This document shows positions 1-9,505 of a stretch of DNA of 64,000 bases, one piece after another. The position numbers were made by a program, and so were the translations under genes. The stretch comes from a virus. The notes under the pieces are model-generated. The model ran no database searches. It saw nothing but the letters and a program-made list of their open reading frames with translations, and had not been told where the DNA came from. Positions within the stretch are counted from its first letter, which is position 1; every line of letters begins with the position of its first letter. The stretch is taken from the IMG/VR virus record IMGVR_UViG_3300048033_000857, positions 1-64,000 of that record; one strand, given 5' to 3'.

Positions 1-1
1 T

Positions 2-850
2 ATGGCTAACTGGAATGAACATCCAGATCGTGACGACAAATGGAAAGAAGATGAAATTGGTCGTATTGGTGAAGAAAAATTCCGTCGTGAATACGGTTGT
101 GAATTCCTAGTATTCGACGAAACTCTTATTAACTCAATTAAATTAGCAGCTATGGAAGGTGGAAATCCTGTACTTAATATGGGGCAAACACGCTGGTATA
201 AGAAGCCTACAAGCCAGTTTACGTATGCAGTAGCACTTGACCCTAGCATGGGAACAGGCGGCGACAATGCAGCTATACAAGTGTTTGAGCTACCAAGCTA
301 TGAACAGGTAGCAGAATGGCAACACAATCAAACTGCTATACCAGGACAAATTAGAATCCTATCTGATATATGTAAATATCTTGCAGATGCATCGGGTGCT
401 AACAATGTGTACTGGAGTGTGGAAAACAATGGCATAGGAGAAGCGGCGCTGATCGTTATAAACGATTTTGGGGAAGAGAACATACCGGGTTTGTTCGTTA
501 GTGAACCGATGAGAAAAGGTCACGTTAGGAAGTTCCGCAAAGGCTTTAATACTACACACAGTACAAAGATTACAGCATGTAGTCGTTTAAAAACAATGGT
601 AGAAGGCGACAAAATGACTGTACATTCAAAACCTTTAATAGGCGAGTTAAAAGGTTTTGTAGCAACAGGTTCAAGTTTTAATGCTAAATCGGGTATGACT
701 GATGATTTAATTAGTGCAACTTTATTAGCTATTAGAATGATGGCTGTACTCAAAGACTGGGATCCGAGAGTATATAATACATTTAATCAAGCAGAACATG
801 ACGAAGATTACGAACCACCAATGCCAATCTTCATTAGCAGTAACATATGA
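2..850 (+). CDS. Terminase large subunit (T4 gp17-like), C-terminal nuclease part; 5'-truncated by the window edge
   Basis: FRREYGCEF, ALDPSMGTGGDNAAIQV, VENNGIG and DDLISA motifs of the gp17 RNase H-like domain. Confidence 0.92.
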   Translation: MANWNEHPDRDDKWKEDEIGRIGEEKFRREYGCEFLVFDETLINSIKLAAMEGGNPVLNMGQTRWYKKPTSQFTYAVALDPSMGTGGDNAAIQVFELPSYEQVAEWQHNQTAIPGQIRILSDICKYLADASGANNVYWSVENNGIGEAALIVINDFGEENIPGLFVSEPMRKGHVRKFRKGFNTTHSTKITACSRLKTMVEGDKMTVHSKPLIGELKGFVATGSSFNAKSGMTDDLISATLLAIRMMAVLKDWDPRVYNTFNQAEHDEDYEPPMPIFISSNI

Positions 851-856
851 TAAATA
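851..856 (+). promoter_or_regulatory. T4-type late promoter core TAAATA
   Basis: TAAATA 4 nt upstream of ATG 861; the same motif precedes many structural and late genes in the window. Confidence 0.65.
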
Positions 857-860
857 CAAT

Positions 861-2987
861 ATGCAGAATTTAGACTTAACAGCAGAAGAACTATTCAATA
901 AAATACGAGGACGTTTTCCTAGTGTTACTATCGGCGATGCCGAAGGTAATGTAACAAACGAACCTAAGTTAGGTCGTTACTTCGACTTTAACTTTGTTAG
1001 TGAAGGACGTCCTGTAGGAAAAGTAAGCATAAGTTTAGATGAAAAAGGTGTAGCAGTTGTTTATGGTGAAGATTTAGTTGCCAACGAAGGTGACTCAACT
1101 AAGACTGGCTGGTACGACTTTTTAAAAGAATTGAGAATGTTTGCAAGAAAGCGAACACTAGCATTTGACACAAGAGATATTACTAAATCAAATTTAGATA
1201 GTAGAGATTACAAATTTTTAGCAAATAACCGTGGCGGGGACGAAAACATGAATGAATCAAAGATGTACGGCACATCAAGAGTAAGTTATCAAGACTTTGA
1301 TGGAGCACGTTTAATGATTAAACACACCGAAGGCATTAATCAAGAAATACCAGGTGGTAGAGCAAAGAAAGTTGGCTCATTATACATCGAAAGCGCAGAA
1401 GGCGAAAGATTTAAATATCCATACAAGCACTTAACTGGTGCAAGAGCAATGGCACGTCACGTAGCAGAAGGCGGAAACGCTTATGATGATTTTGGTAAGC
1501 ATATTGTTAGTATGTCAGAAGAAATGTCAAAATTGCGCAAGTTTAAAACTTACATGGGTCGTAGTGCTGTAATGGCAGAAAGCCTAAGCGAGTATATGGA
1601 CGTAGTTAAAACACGTATCGCCACAGTTAAAAAGACACTAGAATCTCTACAACGTCCTGCATATTACAAAGAAACATTTGAAGCATTTGCTCCAGCAGTA
1701 ATGGAAGATGTTCCAAGTGATGTTGCTGAAAATTGGATTGATCAATTAACTATCAAGCAGTTTAATGAAGAATTAGCAGATGTATTCCCGTACATTTATA
1801 AACTAGTAAGTGAAGCAACTAAGGCTGAAGAACTTACTGCTGAAGATTTAATGAGTGAAAAGAAAAGCTCACCAGCAGGCGGGCCAGCATGTTGGGACGG
1901 TAAAAAGATTGGCAACCCTAAAACTAAAATGAAGGGCGGCAAACGTGTCAACAATTGTGTACCAGAAGAAGCCGAACTAGAGCAAGGCTTTAACGAGATG
2001 ATGGGTCAATTTGCAGAAGGCGAAGAAGAAAAGACAAGTGAGATTGAAGCCTGGGTCAAAAAATACGAAACAAAAATTGGTAACAACGGCGACACTCTTC
2101 CAGAAGGCTACGTAAAGTTCTTAATGGATAGTGGAATCTTTAGTGATGCTTACGAACAAAATGAAACTGCAAAAGCAGAAAAAATGATTGGTAAGCCTTA
2201 CGCAGATTGGGATTACGACGATCAAGAAAAAGCACTAGAAGCTATGCCTATTACTAAAGCAATGTTTGACGATATAGAAAAAATTACCGGAACAGACGGC
2301 GAAGAAGCTGCCGAAATGGTTGCTAACGTAATGGACAACATGGATGAAGGCAATGCATACGCTAAAGCAGTACAAGATGCTAAAAGAGATGGCAAGAAAA
2401 AAGGCGACGAAATTGATGGTCCAGATGGCGAAAAGATTAAATTAGAAAAAGAAGACGAAAAAACACCGTTAGGCGAATTTATTCTTAGTTACTTCGATCG
2501 TGAAACAGGGCAGTTTCCAAAAGGCGAAACAGCAGTATTAACAATGGTAGAAAAAGACTACGGCGAGCAATACATTACTCCTGCTAAAAAGTTCATTGAA
2601 ATGATCAGTGACAAAGTTGCAGAAGTAATGGGCTACAAAGAAGCAGACATGGAAGAAGGTCTACCAGACGATGGCGGAGCAGGTGTACTTGAAAAGCTGT
2701 TACAAGGTATTACTAAAGATTTTGTTATGGGCGACGACAGTGCAGCACAAAAAATGGTTGATATGCTCAAGAAGTATAATGCACCGATGGATAAAGTTGC
2801 AGACATGCTTGAGCAGAAAGCAAAAGAATTTACTAAGAAAACATTTAGCATTTTTGACAATCCTTTAAAGAAAGATACAGCAGGCGAAGCTGCTGATAGA
2901 ATGTTAATCTTAGCAGACTACATTAGATCAAAAGCAGGACAGTCAGAAGAATTCGAAAGAATGAAAGAACTAGCAGGCTTAAGATAA
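861..2987 (+). CDS. Large acidic phage protein, probable head/prohead-core protein
   Basis: Likely start MQNLDL at 861 after a late promoter; Glu-rich; CWDG..KGGKRVNNCVP motif and C-terminal RMKELAGL of the kind seen in large-phage head proteins; follows the terminase. Confidence 0.5.
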   Translation: MQNLDLTAEELFNKIRGRFPSVTIGDAEGNVTNEPKLGRYFDFNFVSEGRPVGKVSISLDEKGVAVVYGEDLVANEGDSTKTGWYDFLKELRMFARKRTLAFDTRDITKSNLDSRDYKFLANNRGGDENMNESKMYGTSRVSYQDFDGARLMIKHTEGINQEIPGGRAKKVGSLYIESAEGERFKYPYKHLTGARAMARHVAEGGNAYDDFGKHIVSMSEEMSKLRKFKTYMGRSAVMAESLSEYMDVVKTRIATVKKTLESLQRPAYYKETFEAFAPAVMEDVPSDVAENWIDQLTIKQFNEELADVFPYIYKLVSEATKAEELTAEDLMSEKKSSPAGGPACWDGKKIGNPKTKMKGGKRVNNCVPEEAELEQGFNEMMGQFAEGEEEKTSEIEAWVKKYETKIGNNGDTLPEGYVKFLMDSGIFSDAYEQNETAKAEKMIGKPYADWDYDDQEKALEAMPITKAMFDDIEKITGTDGEEAAEMVANVMDNMDEGNAYAKAVQDAKRDGKKKGDEIDGPDGEKIKLEKEDEKTPLGEFILSYFDRETGQFPKGETAVLTMVEKDYGEQYITPAKKFIEMISDKVAEVMGYKEADMEEGLPDDGGAGVLEKLLQGITKDFVMGDDSAAQKMVDMLKKYNAPMDKVADMLEQKAKEFTKKTFSIFDNPLKKDTAGEAADRMLILADYIRSKAGQSEEFERMKELAGLR

Positions 2988-3040
2988 ATAGAATTGGATG
3001 AGTAATCCATTAAGTTTTTAAGTTTTTCTTTAAAAAAGAC

Positions 3041-3069
3041 TTGACAACGTTTGTAGAATAGCATATAAT
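3041..3069 (+). promoter_or_regulatory. Consensus sigma70 promoter of the SSB gene
   Basis: TTGACA(3041-46)-17 nt-TATAAT(3064-69). Confidence 0.9.
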
Positions 3070-3150
3070 AAGAACTGTGCTACAAACAAAACAGGCACTA
3101 GTAGCAATGTAGCTACTGCACATAGGCATAACATTTAGGAGGCATTAACT

Positions 3151-4122
3151 ATGGCATCATTAGCAGAAATCCGAGCAAAGCTCAAAGAGCAAGAATCAGG
3201 AAACAACAACCGCAATTCAGGCGGTGGTGACAACAGCATTTACCCATTTTGGAATATGAAAGAAGGCGAGAGTTCAACTCTGCGTTTCCTTCCTGATGGC
3301 AACGCTGATAACACATTCTTTTGGCAAGAGCGTTTGGTAATTAAACTACCATTTGCAGGCGTTAAAGGACAAACAGATTCGCGTCCAGTACAAGTACAAA
3401 TTCCGTGTATGGAAATGTATGGCGAAACATGTAACATTCTTAACGAAGTACGTGGTTGGTTTAAAGATCCAAGTCTAGAAGATATGGGTCGTAAGTATTG
3501 GAAAAAGCGTTCTTACATCTTCCAAGGCTTTGTAACGGATAACCCACTAAACGAGGACACTACTCCGGAGAATCCAATCCGTAGATTTATTATTGGTCCT
3601 CAAATCTTCAATATCATTAAGCAGGCGCTTATGGATCCAGATATGGAAGAATTGCCAACAGATTATACTGCTGGTGTAGACTTCCGTCTTAATAAAACTA
3701 CTAAAGGCGGATATGCAGACTATTCAACATCTAATTGGGCACGTAGAGATCGTCCACTAGGTGATAATGAAATGGCTGCTGTTAATGCACACGGATTGTT
3801 TAATCTAAGTGACTTCTTACCTAAAAAGCCAGGCGATGTTGAACTCAAAGTCATGCAAGAAATGTTCGAAGCATCAGTAGATGGTGAAGCATTTGACATG
3901 GATCGTTGGGGACAATATTTCCGTCCAGCGGGTATGGCACAACGTACAGGTGACCCTGTTGCTCCGGCAGCAAGTACTCCTGCACCAACTCCTGCGGCAG
4001 CACCTGCTCCAGTAGCAGAGGCAGCACCAGTAGCAACTCCAGCACCAGCGGCTGAAGCGGCTCCTGCAGAAGGTGGCAACGCCCAAGACATTCTAGCAAT
4101 GATTAGAAGCCGTCAAGGTTAA
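3151..4122 (+). CDS. Single-stranded DNA-binding protein (T4 gp32-like)
   Basis: LRFLPD, YWKKRSY, G.DFRL.KT.KGGYADYSTS motifs; Ala/Pro-rich tail; AGGAGG RBS; upstream of UvsX. Confidence 0.88.
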   Translation: MASLAEIRAKLKEQESGNNNRNSGGGDNSIYPFWNMKEGESSTLRFLPDGNADNTFFWQERLVIKLPFAGVKGQTDSRPVQVQIPCMEMYGETCNILNEVRGWFKDPSLEDMGRKYWKKRSYIFQGFVTDNPLNEDTTPENPIRRFIIGPQIFNIIKQALMDPDMEELPTDYTAGVDFRLNKTTKGGYADYSTSNWARRDRPLGDNEMAAVNAHGLFNLSDFLPKKPGDVELKVMQEMFEASVDGEAFDMDRWGQYFRPAGMAQRTGDPVAPAASTPAPTPAAAPAPVAEAAPVATPAPAAEAAPAEGGNAQDILAMIRSRQG

Positions 4123-4132
4123 TAAGAGCAAG

Positions 4133-4170
4133 CTAAAAGGGTTGCTTTTACTGATTGCAACCCTTTTTAG
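4133..4170 (+). terminator. Hairpin/intrinsic terminator after the SSB gene
   Basis: AAAAGGGTTGC(4135-45)...GCAACCCTTTT(4157-67) inverted repeat. Confidence 0.65.
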
Positions 4171-4199
4171 TTGCCCAACTTTTTAGATAGGAGATACAC

Positions 4200-5294
4200 A
4201 TGGCGAATAAATCATTCGACCCAACGAAGTTTAGAAACTCGTTAACTAAATCTATTTCAGGTATGAGTGCAGGTTTTAATGACCCTACTGATTGGATTAG
4301 TACAGGTAATTACGCACTCAACTATCTTATCTCAGGAGACTTTAACAAAGGTGTTCCAATGGGTAAGGTTACAGTTTTTGCAGGAGAGTCTGGTGCAGGT
4401 AAATCATATATCTGTGCAGGTAACATCGTAAAGGCAGCACAAGATCAAAATATCTTTGTAGTACTAATCGACTCAGAGAACGCACTTGACGAATCGTGGC
4501 TACATGCACTAGATGTAGACACATCGGAAGAAAAACTACTTAAACTTAATATGTCAATGATTGATGATGTAGCAAAAACTATCTCAACATTTATGACAGA
4601 CTACAAAGCAATGAACGAAGAAGACCGTCCTAAGGTATTGTTTGTTATTGATAGTTTGGGTATGTTGCTAACACCTACAGACGTTGATCAGTTTAACAAA
4701 GGTGATATGAAAGGTGATATGGGTCGTAAGCCTAAAGCACTAACATCACTTGTTCGTAACACAGTTAATATGATCGGCTCGCACAATGTAGGGCTTGTAT
4801 GTACTAACCACACATATGCATCGCAAGATATGTTTGATCCAGATGATAAGATTTCAGGTGGTCAAGGCTTTATCTATGCATCATCTATCGTAGTTGCAAT
4901 GAAAAAACTAAAACTAAAAGAAGATGAAGATGGTAACAAGATCAGTCAAGTTATGGGTATCCGTGCTGGCTGTAAGGTTATGAAGACACGTTATGCAAAA
5001 CCGTTTGAAGGTGTGCAGGTAAAGATTCCATATGAAACAGGTATGAATCCTTATAGTGGCTTGCTTGAATTGTTTGAATCTAAAGGCGTTATTGAAAAGC
5101 AAGGCAACCGTCTAAAGTATGTTACTAGCGATGGTGAAGAAATTCTTGAATATCGCAAAAAATGGATAGGCGAAAACCTCGATAAGGTTATGTCAGATTA
5201 TTTGGAAAAAGAAGCTTCTATGGTAAATACCTCTGAAGTTGACGAAGAAACAACTGATAATATCTTAATTGAGGACCCTATCACAAATGAATGA
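4200..5294 (+). CDS. uvsX: RecA-family recombinase UvsX
   Basis: Walker A GESGAGKS, IDSENA, VIDSLG, NHTY, SGGQG. Confidence 0.93.
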   Translation: MANKSFDPTKFRNSLTKSISGMSAGFNDPTDWISTGNYALNYLISGDFNKGVPMGKVTVFAGESGAGKSYICAGNIVKAAQDQNIFVVLIDSENALDESWLHALDVDTSEEKLLKLNMSMIDDVAKTISTFMTDYKAMNEEDRPKVLFVIDSLGMLLTPTDVDQFNKGDMKGDMGRKPKALTSLVRNTVNMIGSHNVGLVCTNHTYASQDMFDPDDKISGGQGFIYASSIVVAMKKLKLKEDEDGNKISQVMGIRAGCKVMKTRYAKPFEGVQVKIPYETGMNPYSGLLELFESKGVIEKQGNRLKYVTSDGEEILEYRKKWIGENLDKVMSDYLEKEASMVNTSEVDEETTDNILIEDPITNE

Positions 5295-5520
5295 AGATCA
5301 AATAGCTGATGTTTGGATGATGTTTAAAGAATATCTTGACAAAAAACATGTTGAGATGGCTGCTGAACGTTTTGTAGATTTAATAGCTGATTATGGCACA
5401 TCGGACGAAGTCTTTACTGACTTACTAGGTACCGAAACTGCTTTAGATAATGCTATTAACTACTATTTAGATTTAGATGAAGAAGAAGTGTTTGACGACG
5501 AGGAAGAGGACGATTACTAA
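5287..5520 (+). CDS. Small acidic hypothetical protein
   Basis: ATG 5287 overlaps the end of uvsX; coupled to uvsY. Confidence 0.7.
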   Translation: MNEDQIADVWMMFKEYLDKKHVEMAAERFVDLIADYGTSDEVFTDLLGTETALDNAINYYLDLDEEEVFDDEEEDDY

Positions 5521-5975
5521 TGGGTTGGTATAGCGAAGTATCTCGTGATGTTTCAAAGATTCCTAATGCAGTAGTGTACTTTGAAAAAGAACTAGGAGAC
5601 GCACGAGTTGAATGCAAACTTGCAGGCAATGTAGAAAAAGCGGCAGCAAGTATGCCGGGCATTGTTGAACATCGCTTTAACCAACTTCAAGAAATTGAAG
5701 CAATCCTTAACTACTTAAATATCGAGCTGCGTAGATTGCGTAGCTCGTACTTTAAGAAATATCTTGAAAACTATCAGCGAGCTCTGTCTAGCCGTGACGT
5801 TGAAAAATACGTTGACGGCGAGGCAGACGTTGTTGACTATGAAAAGATTATCAACGAATTTGCGCTAATGCGTAACAAATGGTTAGGTGTACTCAAAGCA
5901 CTTGATCAAAAACAATGGCAAATTACAAATGTAGTTAAGCTACGAGTTGCGGGCATGGAAGATGCATCCTTATAA
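5520..5975 (+). CDS. uvsY: Recombination mediator UvsY-like
   Basis: Helical ~150 aa protein with LSSRDVEKYVDGE and KALDQKQWQI; next to uvsX. Confidence 0.78.
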   Translation: MGWYSEVSRDVSKIPNAVVYFEKELGDARVECKLAGNVEKAAASMPGIVEHRFNQLQEIEAILNYLNIELRRLRSSYFKKYLENYQRALSSRDVEKYVDGEADVVDYEKIINEFALMRNKWLGVLKALDQKQWQITNVVKLRVAGMEDASL

Positions 5976-6606
5976 TATCCTAATAGGATGTGATCAAGCA
6001 TATTTTACTGATTGGGCAGTACCTTTACTAAGAAGTATCAATACACATAATCCTTGGATAAATTTACATTGTCATATTGTAAATCCAACAGTTGAAAATT
6101 CTTTAGATAATGTTAGTATTACTACTGAAACAAGAGAATTTGTAAACGATGAATCAAAAATATCTTATTTGCAAAGTGTAAGATTTTTAGCAGTTGCAGA
6201 TAAATTTAAAAACAATGAAAAAGTTATTACTCTCGATGCTGATAGTATCTGCACTCGACGCATAGGACAAGAAGCAGCAATACGTCGACTATTTTCAAAA
6301 CAACATGTATTAAAACACCATAAAGAAGACAGATGGCTTGCAGGGTTTGTAGTGTTTAATAATAATGGCTTTAGACAAGAATATGCAAAAGAATTAAGAT
6401 CAGTTCCGTATGATTTATGGAAATGGGGCAGAGATCAAAAAATATTAAATCAATTATCTAAAAAATACAAGTTTGTTGAATTAGATAAACTTTGGATGAG
6501 TATAGGTAAAAATAAAAACAATACTAGTGCGTTCTTAACATTAAAGGGCGAACAAAAGTTTACAGAAAAATATTTAAAAGCATATAAGAAGTATCTTACT
6601 GAATGA
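5962..6606 (+). CDS. Putative GT-A fold glycosyltransferase
   Basis: LDADS (DxD) motif, AGFV, WGRDQ. Confidence 0.6.
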   Translation: MHPYNILIGCDQAYFTDWAVPLLRSINTHNPWINLHCHIVNPTVENSLDNVSITTETREFVNDESKISYLQSVRFLAVADKFKNNEKVITLDADSICTRRIGQEAAIRRLFSKQHVLKHHKEDRWLAGFVVFNNNGFRQEYAKELRSVPYDLWKWGRDQKILNQLSKKYKFVELDKLWMSIGKNKNNTSAFLTLKGEQKFTEKYLKAYKKYLTE

Positions 6607-7541
6607 AAGTTATTGGAATTGAAGAAGTATTTAGGACACATCCTCTTCCAAATCTACCTAATTTTAAAATAGTAGATTGGAAAAATACAAAGGCACTAAA
6701 TTCGGCTGACATTTTTATACAAGCAAATATTGCAGAAAACAAACACAAAAAATTAAGACACAAATATGAATATATTAGACAATCAGGAAAACCTTGGATT
6801 GTAGCCGAAAGTGCTGTATTTAGACGTAATATGATACAACCACCAAATCCAATGTCATATCATAGATACAGTTGGTTTAGTTATTTTAGAAACGAAGGTC
6901 TTTATAATAATGTCAACTGTCCTAAAGACAGATGGGATCAAATACAAAAAGATCAAAATATAGAAATTAAATCTTGGCGTAAAGACGGTGATTATATTCT
7001 TGTTATATTACAACGTCCGGGTGATAGCAGTCTAAAAAATTTACTTGCAAAGTATAAAACTTATGATAATTTTTTAACTCAAGTTATTACAAATATAAGA
7101 CGCTATACTAATAGACCAATACGCATACGCATGCATCCTTTACGTCAAAATAAACAACAAGATATTATTAATAGATTATCTTTACCTAATGTAACAATAA
7201 GCGCAAACACACATGGTGCAGGATTATTAGAAGGCGGCGACGGATTATATAAAGATTTTGCAGATGCTTGGTGTGTTGTAGGTTTTAATAGTAATGCACT
7301 AACTGAAAGTATATGTGAAGGCATACCTACATTTAGTTTGTGTCCTAGCTCTATGGCTTGGGATTGCTCGAACACTAATTTAAAAGATATCGATAATCCT
7401 AAGTTTTTTGACCGGCAACAGTGGCTTAACAACTTAGGATATTGCCAATGGCGGGAAGATGAAATTGCACAAGGTGCGCCATATTTTCATTTAATGGAAA
7501 TATACGATCAAGCTAAAACTTATATTCAAAATGTTCGATAA
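6603..7541 (+). CDS. KpsC/KpsS-like capsular polysaccharide glycosyltransferase
   Basis: LQRPGD, IRMHP, VVGFNSNALTESICEGIP motifs. Confidence 0.65.
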   Translation: MKVIGIEEVFRTHPLPNLPNFKIVDWKNTKALNSADIFIQANIAENKHKKLRHKYEYIRQSGKPWIVAESAVFRRNMIQPPNPMSYHRYSWFSYFRNEGLYNNVNCPKDRWDQIQKDQNIEIKSWRKDGDYILVILQRPGDSSLKNLLAKYKTYDNFLTQVITNIRRYTNRPIRIRMHPLRQNKQQDIINRLSLPNVTISANTHGAGLLEGGDGLYKDFADAWCVVGFNSNALTESICEGIPTFSLCPSSMAWDCSNTNLKDIDNPKFFDRQQWLNNLGYCQWREDEIAQGAPYFHLMEIYDQAKTYIQNVR

Positions 7542-8103
7542 CATTTAAAAAGTTTTGTCTAACAATATCAGCTGTTATAGGATTGTACAGTTCTTTATAA
7601 TCTTTATTTTTTCGAGTTTCGTTTTTTACAAAAGTAGTAAGTAATTCATTATTGTAAGGTATTTGTATTTTGTGTAATTTACTATGAAGTTTTTCATACG
7701 GTATTAGATCGTCAACAACTATAGTATTATTATTAGTGTACAATTTCCAATCATTTAAACTTGCAAACTTTGTATCTTTAAGAAAATAATAAAACCCGTT
7801 TTTAACTTTTCCTGGTTTTATTTTTTGATACCAATAGTAATAACTAACAACCTTATCCCATGGATTTCTTTCAACTGCAAATTTATAATAGTTTTGCCAT
7901 TCAAATGAAAAATTGTTTTTAATATATTTCCAACTAACGTGTCCGTCATCCGTTGGAGCATTTAGTCTAGGTGTGCCGTCTCTAGGAGATCCGGTGCAAA
8001 TGTCATCGGGTCCAAGATACCTATACAAATATTTTTCAATACTCGATCCTGCTGTCTTTCTAGTTTTTAAAAATATAAACTTATGTTTGTGTGAGATAAT
8101 CAT
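7513..8103 (-). CDS. Sulfotransferase family protein
   Basis: FIFLKTRKTAGSS (5'-PSB) and RNPWDKVVSYY (3'-PB). Confidence 0.8.
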   Translation of the reverse strand: MIISHKHKFIFLKTRKTAGSSIEKYLYRYLGPDDICTGSPRDGTPRLNAPTDDGHVSWKYIKNNFSFEWQNYYKFAVERNPWDKVVSYYYWYQKIKPGKVKNGFYYFLKDTKFASLNDWKLYTNNNTIVVDDLIPYEKLHSKLHKIQIPYNNELLTTFVKNETRKNKDYKELYNPITADIVRQNFLNVIEHFEYKF

Positions 8104-8689
8104 GTACTTTGTTTTCTTTAAAAAAATTGTTTATAATAGGATACAAGTTACCAGACTTTTTAAGTCGAAGCCCTATAGAATGATTTCCTTTAAGTAATAT
8201 TTTTGTTATATTATCTTTATTGGGTATCATAGAAAGATGTTTTTCGTCTCCGTCTTCTTCTCCATTTACAATTAAATATCTAGTATTTTCACTAAATTCT
8301 AAATTTTTATATTTCCATTTTTTAATATTCTTAACATATTTGTCCCAGCGATGTTCCCAAGGTACAATATTATGATTTACCGAATACTGTGTAGCAAATG
8401 CAAGAACAGCGTCTACAGGATATAGTGTACTAAACATACAAGCATTAAATGCACCCATACTGTTACCTAAACAGAATACTTTTTCTGTTTTTATTTTTCG
8501 AGTAATACTACGAACTTTAATGCCATTAAACCAAGATCTGTTTTTATCTATTACAAAAAGTACATTATATCCTTGCTTGTTAAGATTATAAAATTCTTGA
8601 TTAATTTTTCCGTTAGGATTATTACCAACACCCGAAAATGATATTACAGTTTTATCGCTTCCTATATATTTTTCTATTACTTCAGTCAC
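8081..8689 (-). CDS. Alpha/beta-hydrolase-like protein
   Basis: GNSMG nucleophile elbow; likely GTG start at 8689, 5 nt after minus-strand TAAATA. Confidence 0.6.
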   Translation of the reverse strand: MTEVIEKYIGSDKTVISFSGVGNNPNGKINQEFYNLNKQGYNVLFVIDKNRSWFNGIKVRSITRKIKTEKVFCLGNSMGAFNACMFSTLYPVDAVLAFATQYSVNHNIVPWEHRWDKYVKNIKKWKYKNLEFSENTRYLIVNGEEDGDEKHLSMIPNKDNITKILLKGNHSIGLRLKKSGNLYPIINNFFKENKVHDYLTQT

Positions 8690-8694
8690 AAGTA

Positions 8695-8723
8695 TATTTA
8701 CCGAATAACTGCGCACATAAATA
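8695..8723. promoter_or_regulatory. Divergent pair of late promoters
   Basis: TATTTA 8695-8700 (minus-strand TAAATA) and TAAATA 8718-8723, each 5 nt from a start codon. Confidence 0.65.
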
Positions 8724-8728
8724 TCTAC

Positions 8729-9505
8729 ATGAATAAAGTAGTATTAGTTACTGGAGGATTTGATCCCTTGCACAGTGGGCATATTGCCTACTTCAAAGCA
8801 GCACGAGAACTTGGAGATCATTTAGTTGTTGGAGTTAACAGCGACGAATGGCTAACTAGGAAGAAAGGTAGACCCTTTATGCCTTTTGAAGAACGCTGCG
8901 CAATCATTAAAGAACTTGCATGTGTTAACGAAGTTATTGGATTTAATGACGATGACAATAGCGCATGTAAGGCAATAGGACAAGTGCTTGCTACTAAAGG
9001 CAGTAGTTGGCGTGTTGTGTTTGCCAATGGCGGCGATAGAACAAATAAAACTACACCAGAATACGCTACATATGGTAACACTCCTGATGTAGAGTTTGCC
9101 TGGAAAGTTGGCGGATCAAATAAAGCTAACAGCAGTAGTTGGATACTCAACGAATGGAAGGCTCCTAAAACAGAAAGAACATGGGGATACTATAGAGTGA
9201 TACATGAATATAATAACCATACAAAAGTTAAGGAATTAGCAGTTCCTCCAGGACAGAAACTATCAATGCAACGGCACAAAGAACGTAGTGAGCATTGGTT
9301 TGTTGCAGAAGGTACAGCAACAGTATATACATTAGATAGTAGTTCTGATGTTGAGTTACACGGAGTGTTTGAACAACATAGGAGTTTGCATATACCTGTA
9401 GGACAATGGCATCAACTTGCTAACGAACATGATGTAGATTTAAAATTAGTTGAAATACAATACGGCACTAATTGCGTGGAGGAAGATATTGAACGAACCC
9501 CTTAA
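8729..9505 (+). CDS. Cytidylyltransferase fused to mannose-6-phosphate isomerase-type cupin
   Basis: GGFDPLHSGH (HxGH), ANGGDR; C-terminal RTWGYY..LSMQRH..RSEHW..EIQYG..EEDIER. Confidence 0.85.
   Translation: MNKVVLVTGGFDPLHSGHIAYFKAARELGDHLVVGVNSDEWLTRKKGRPFMPFEERCAIIKELACVNEVIGFNDDDNSACKAIGQVLATKGSSWRVVFANGGDRTNKTTPEYATYGNTPDVEFAWKVGGSNKANSSSWILNEWKAPKTERTWGYYRVIHEYNNHTKVKELAVPPGQKLSMQRHKERSEHWFVAEGTATVYTLDSSSDVELHGVFEQHRSLHIPVGQWHQLANEHDVDLKLVEIQYGTNCVEEDIERTP

Noticed and set aside
3720-4099. Three antisense ORFs over the SSB tail
   Set aside because: Artefacts of the Ala/Pro low-complexity codons
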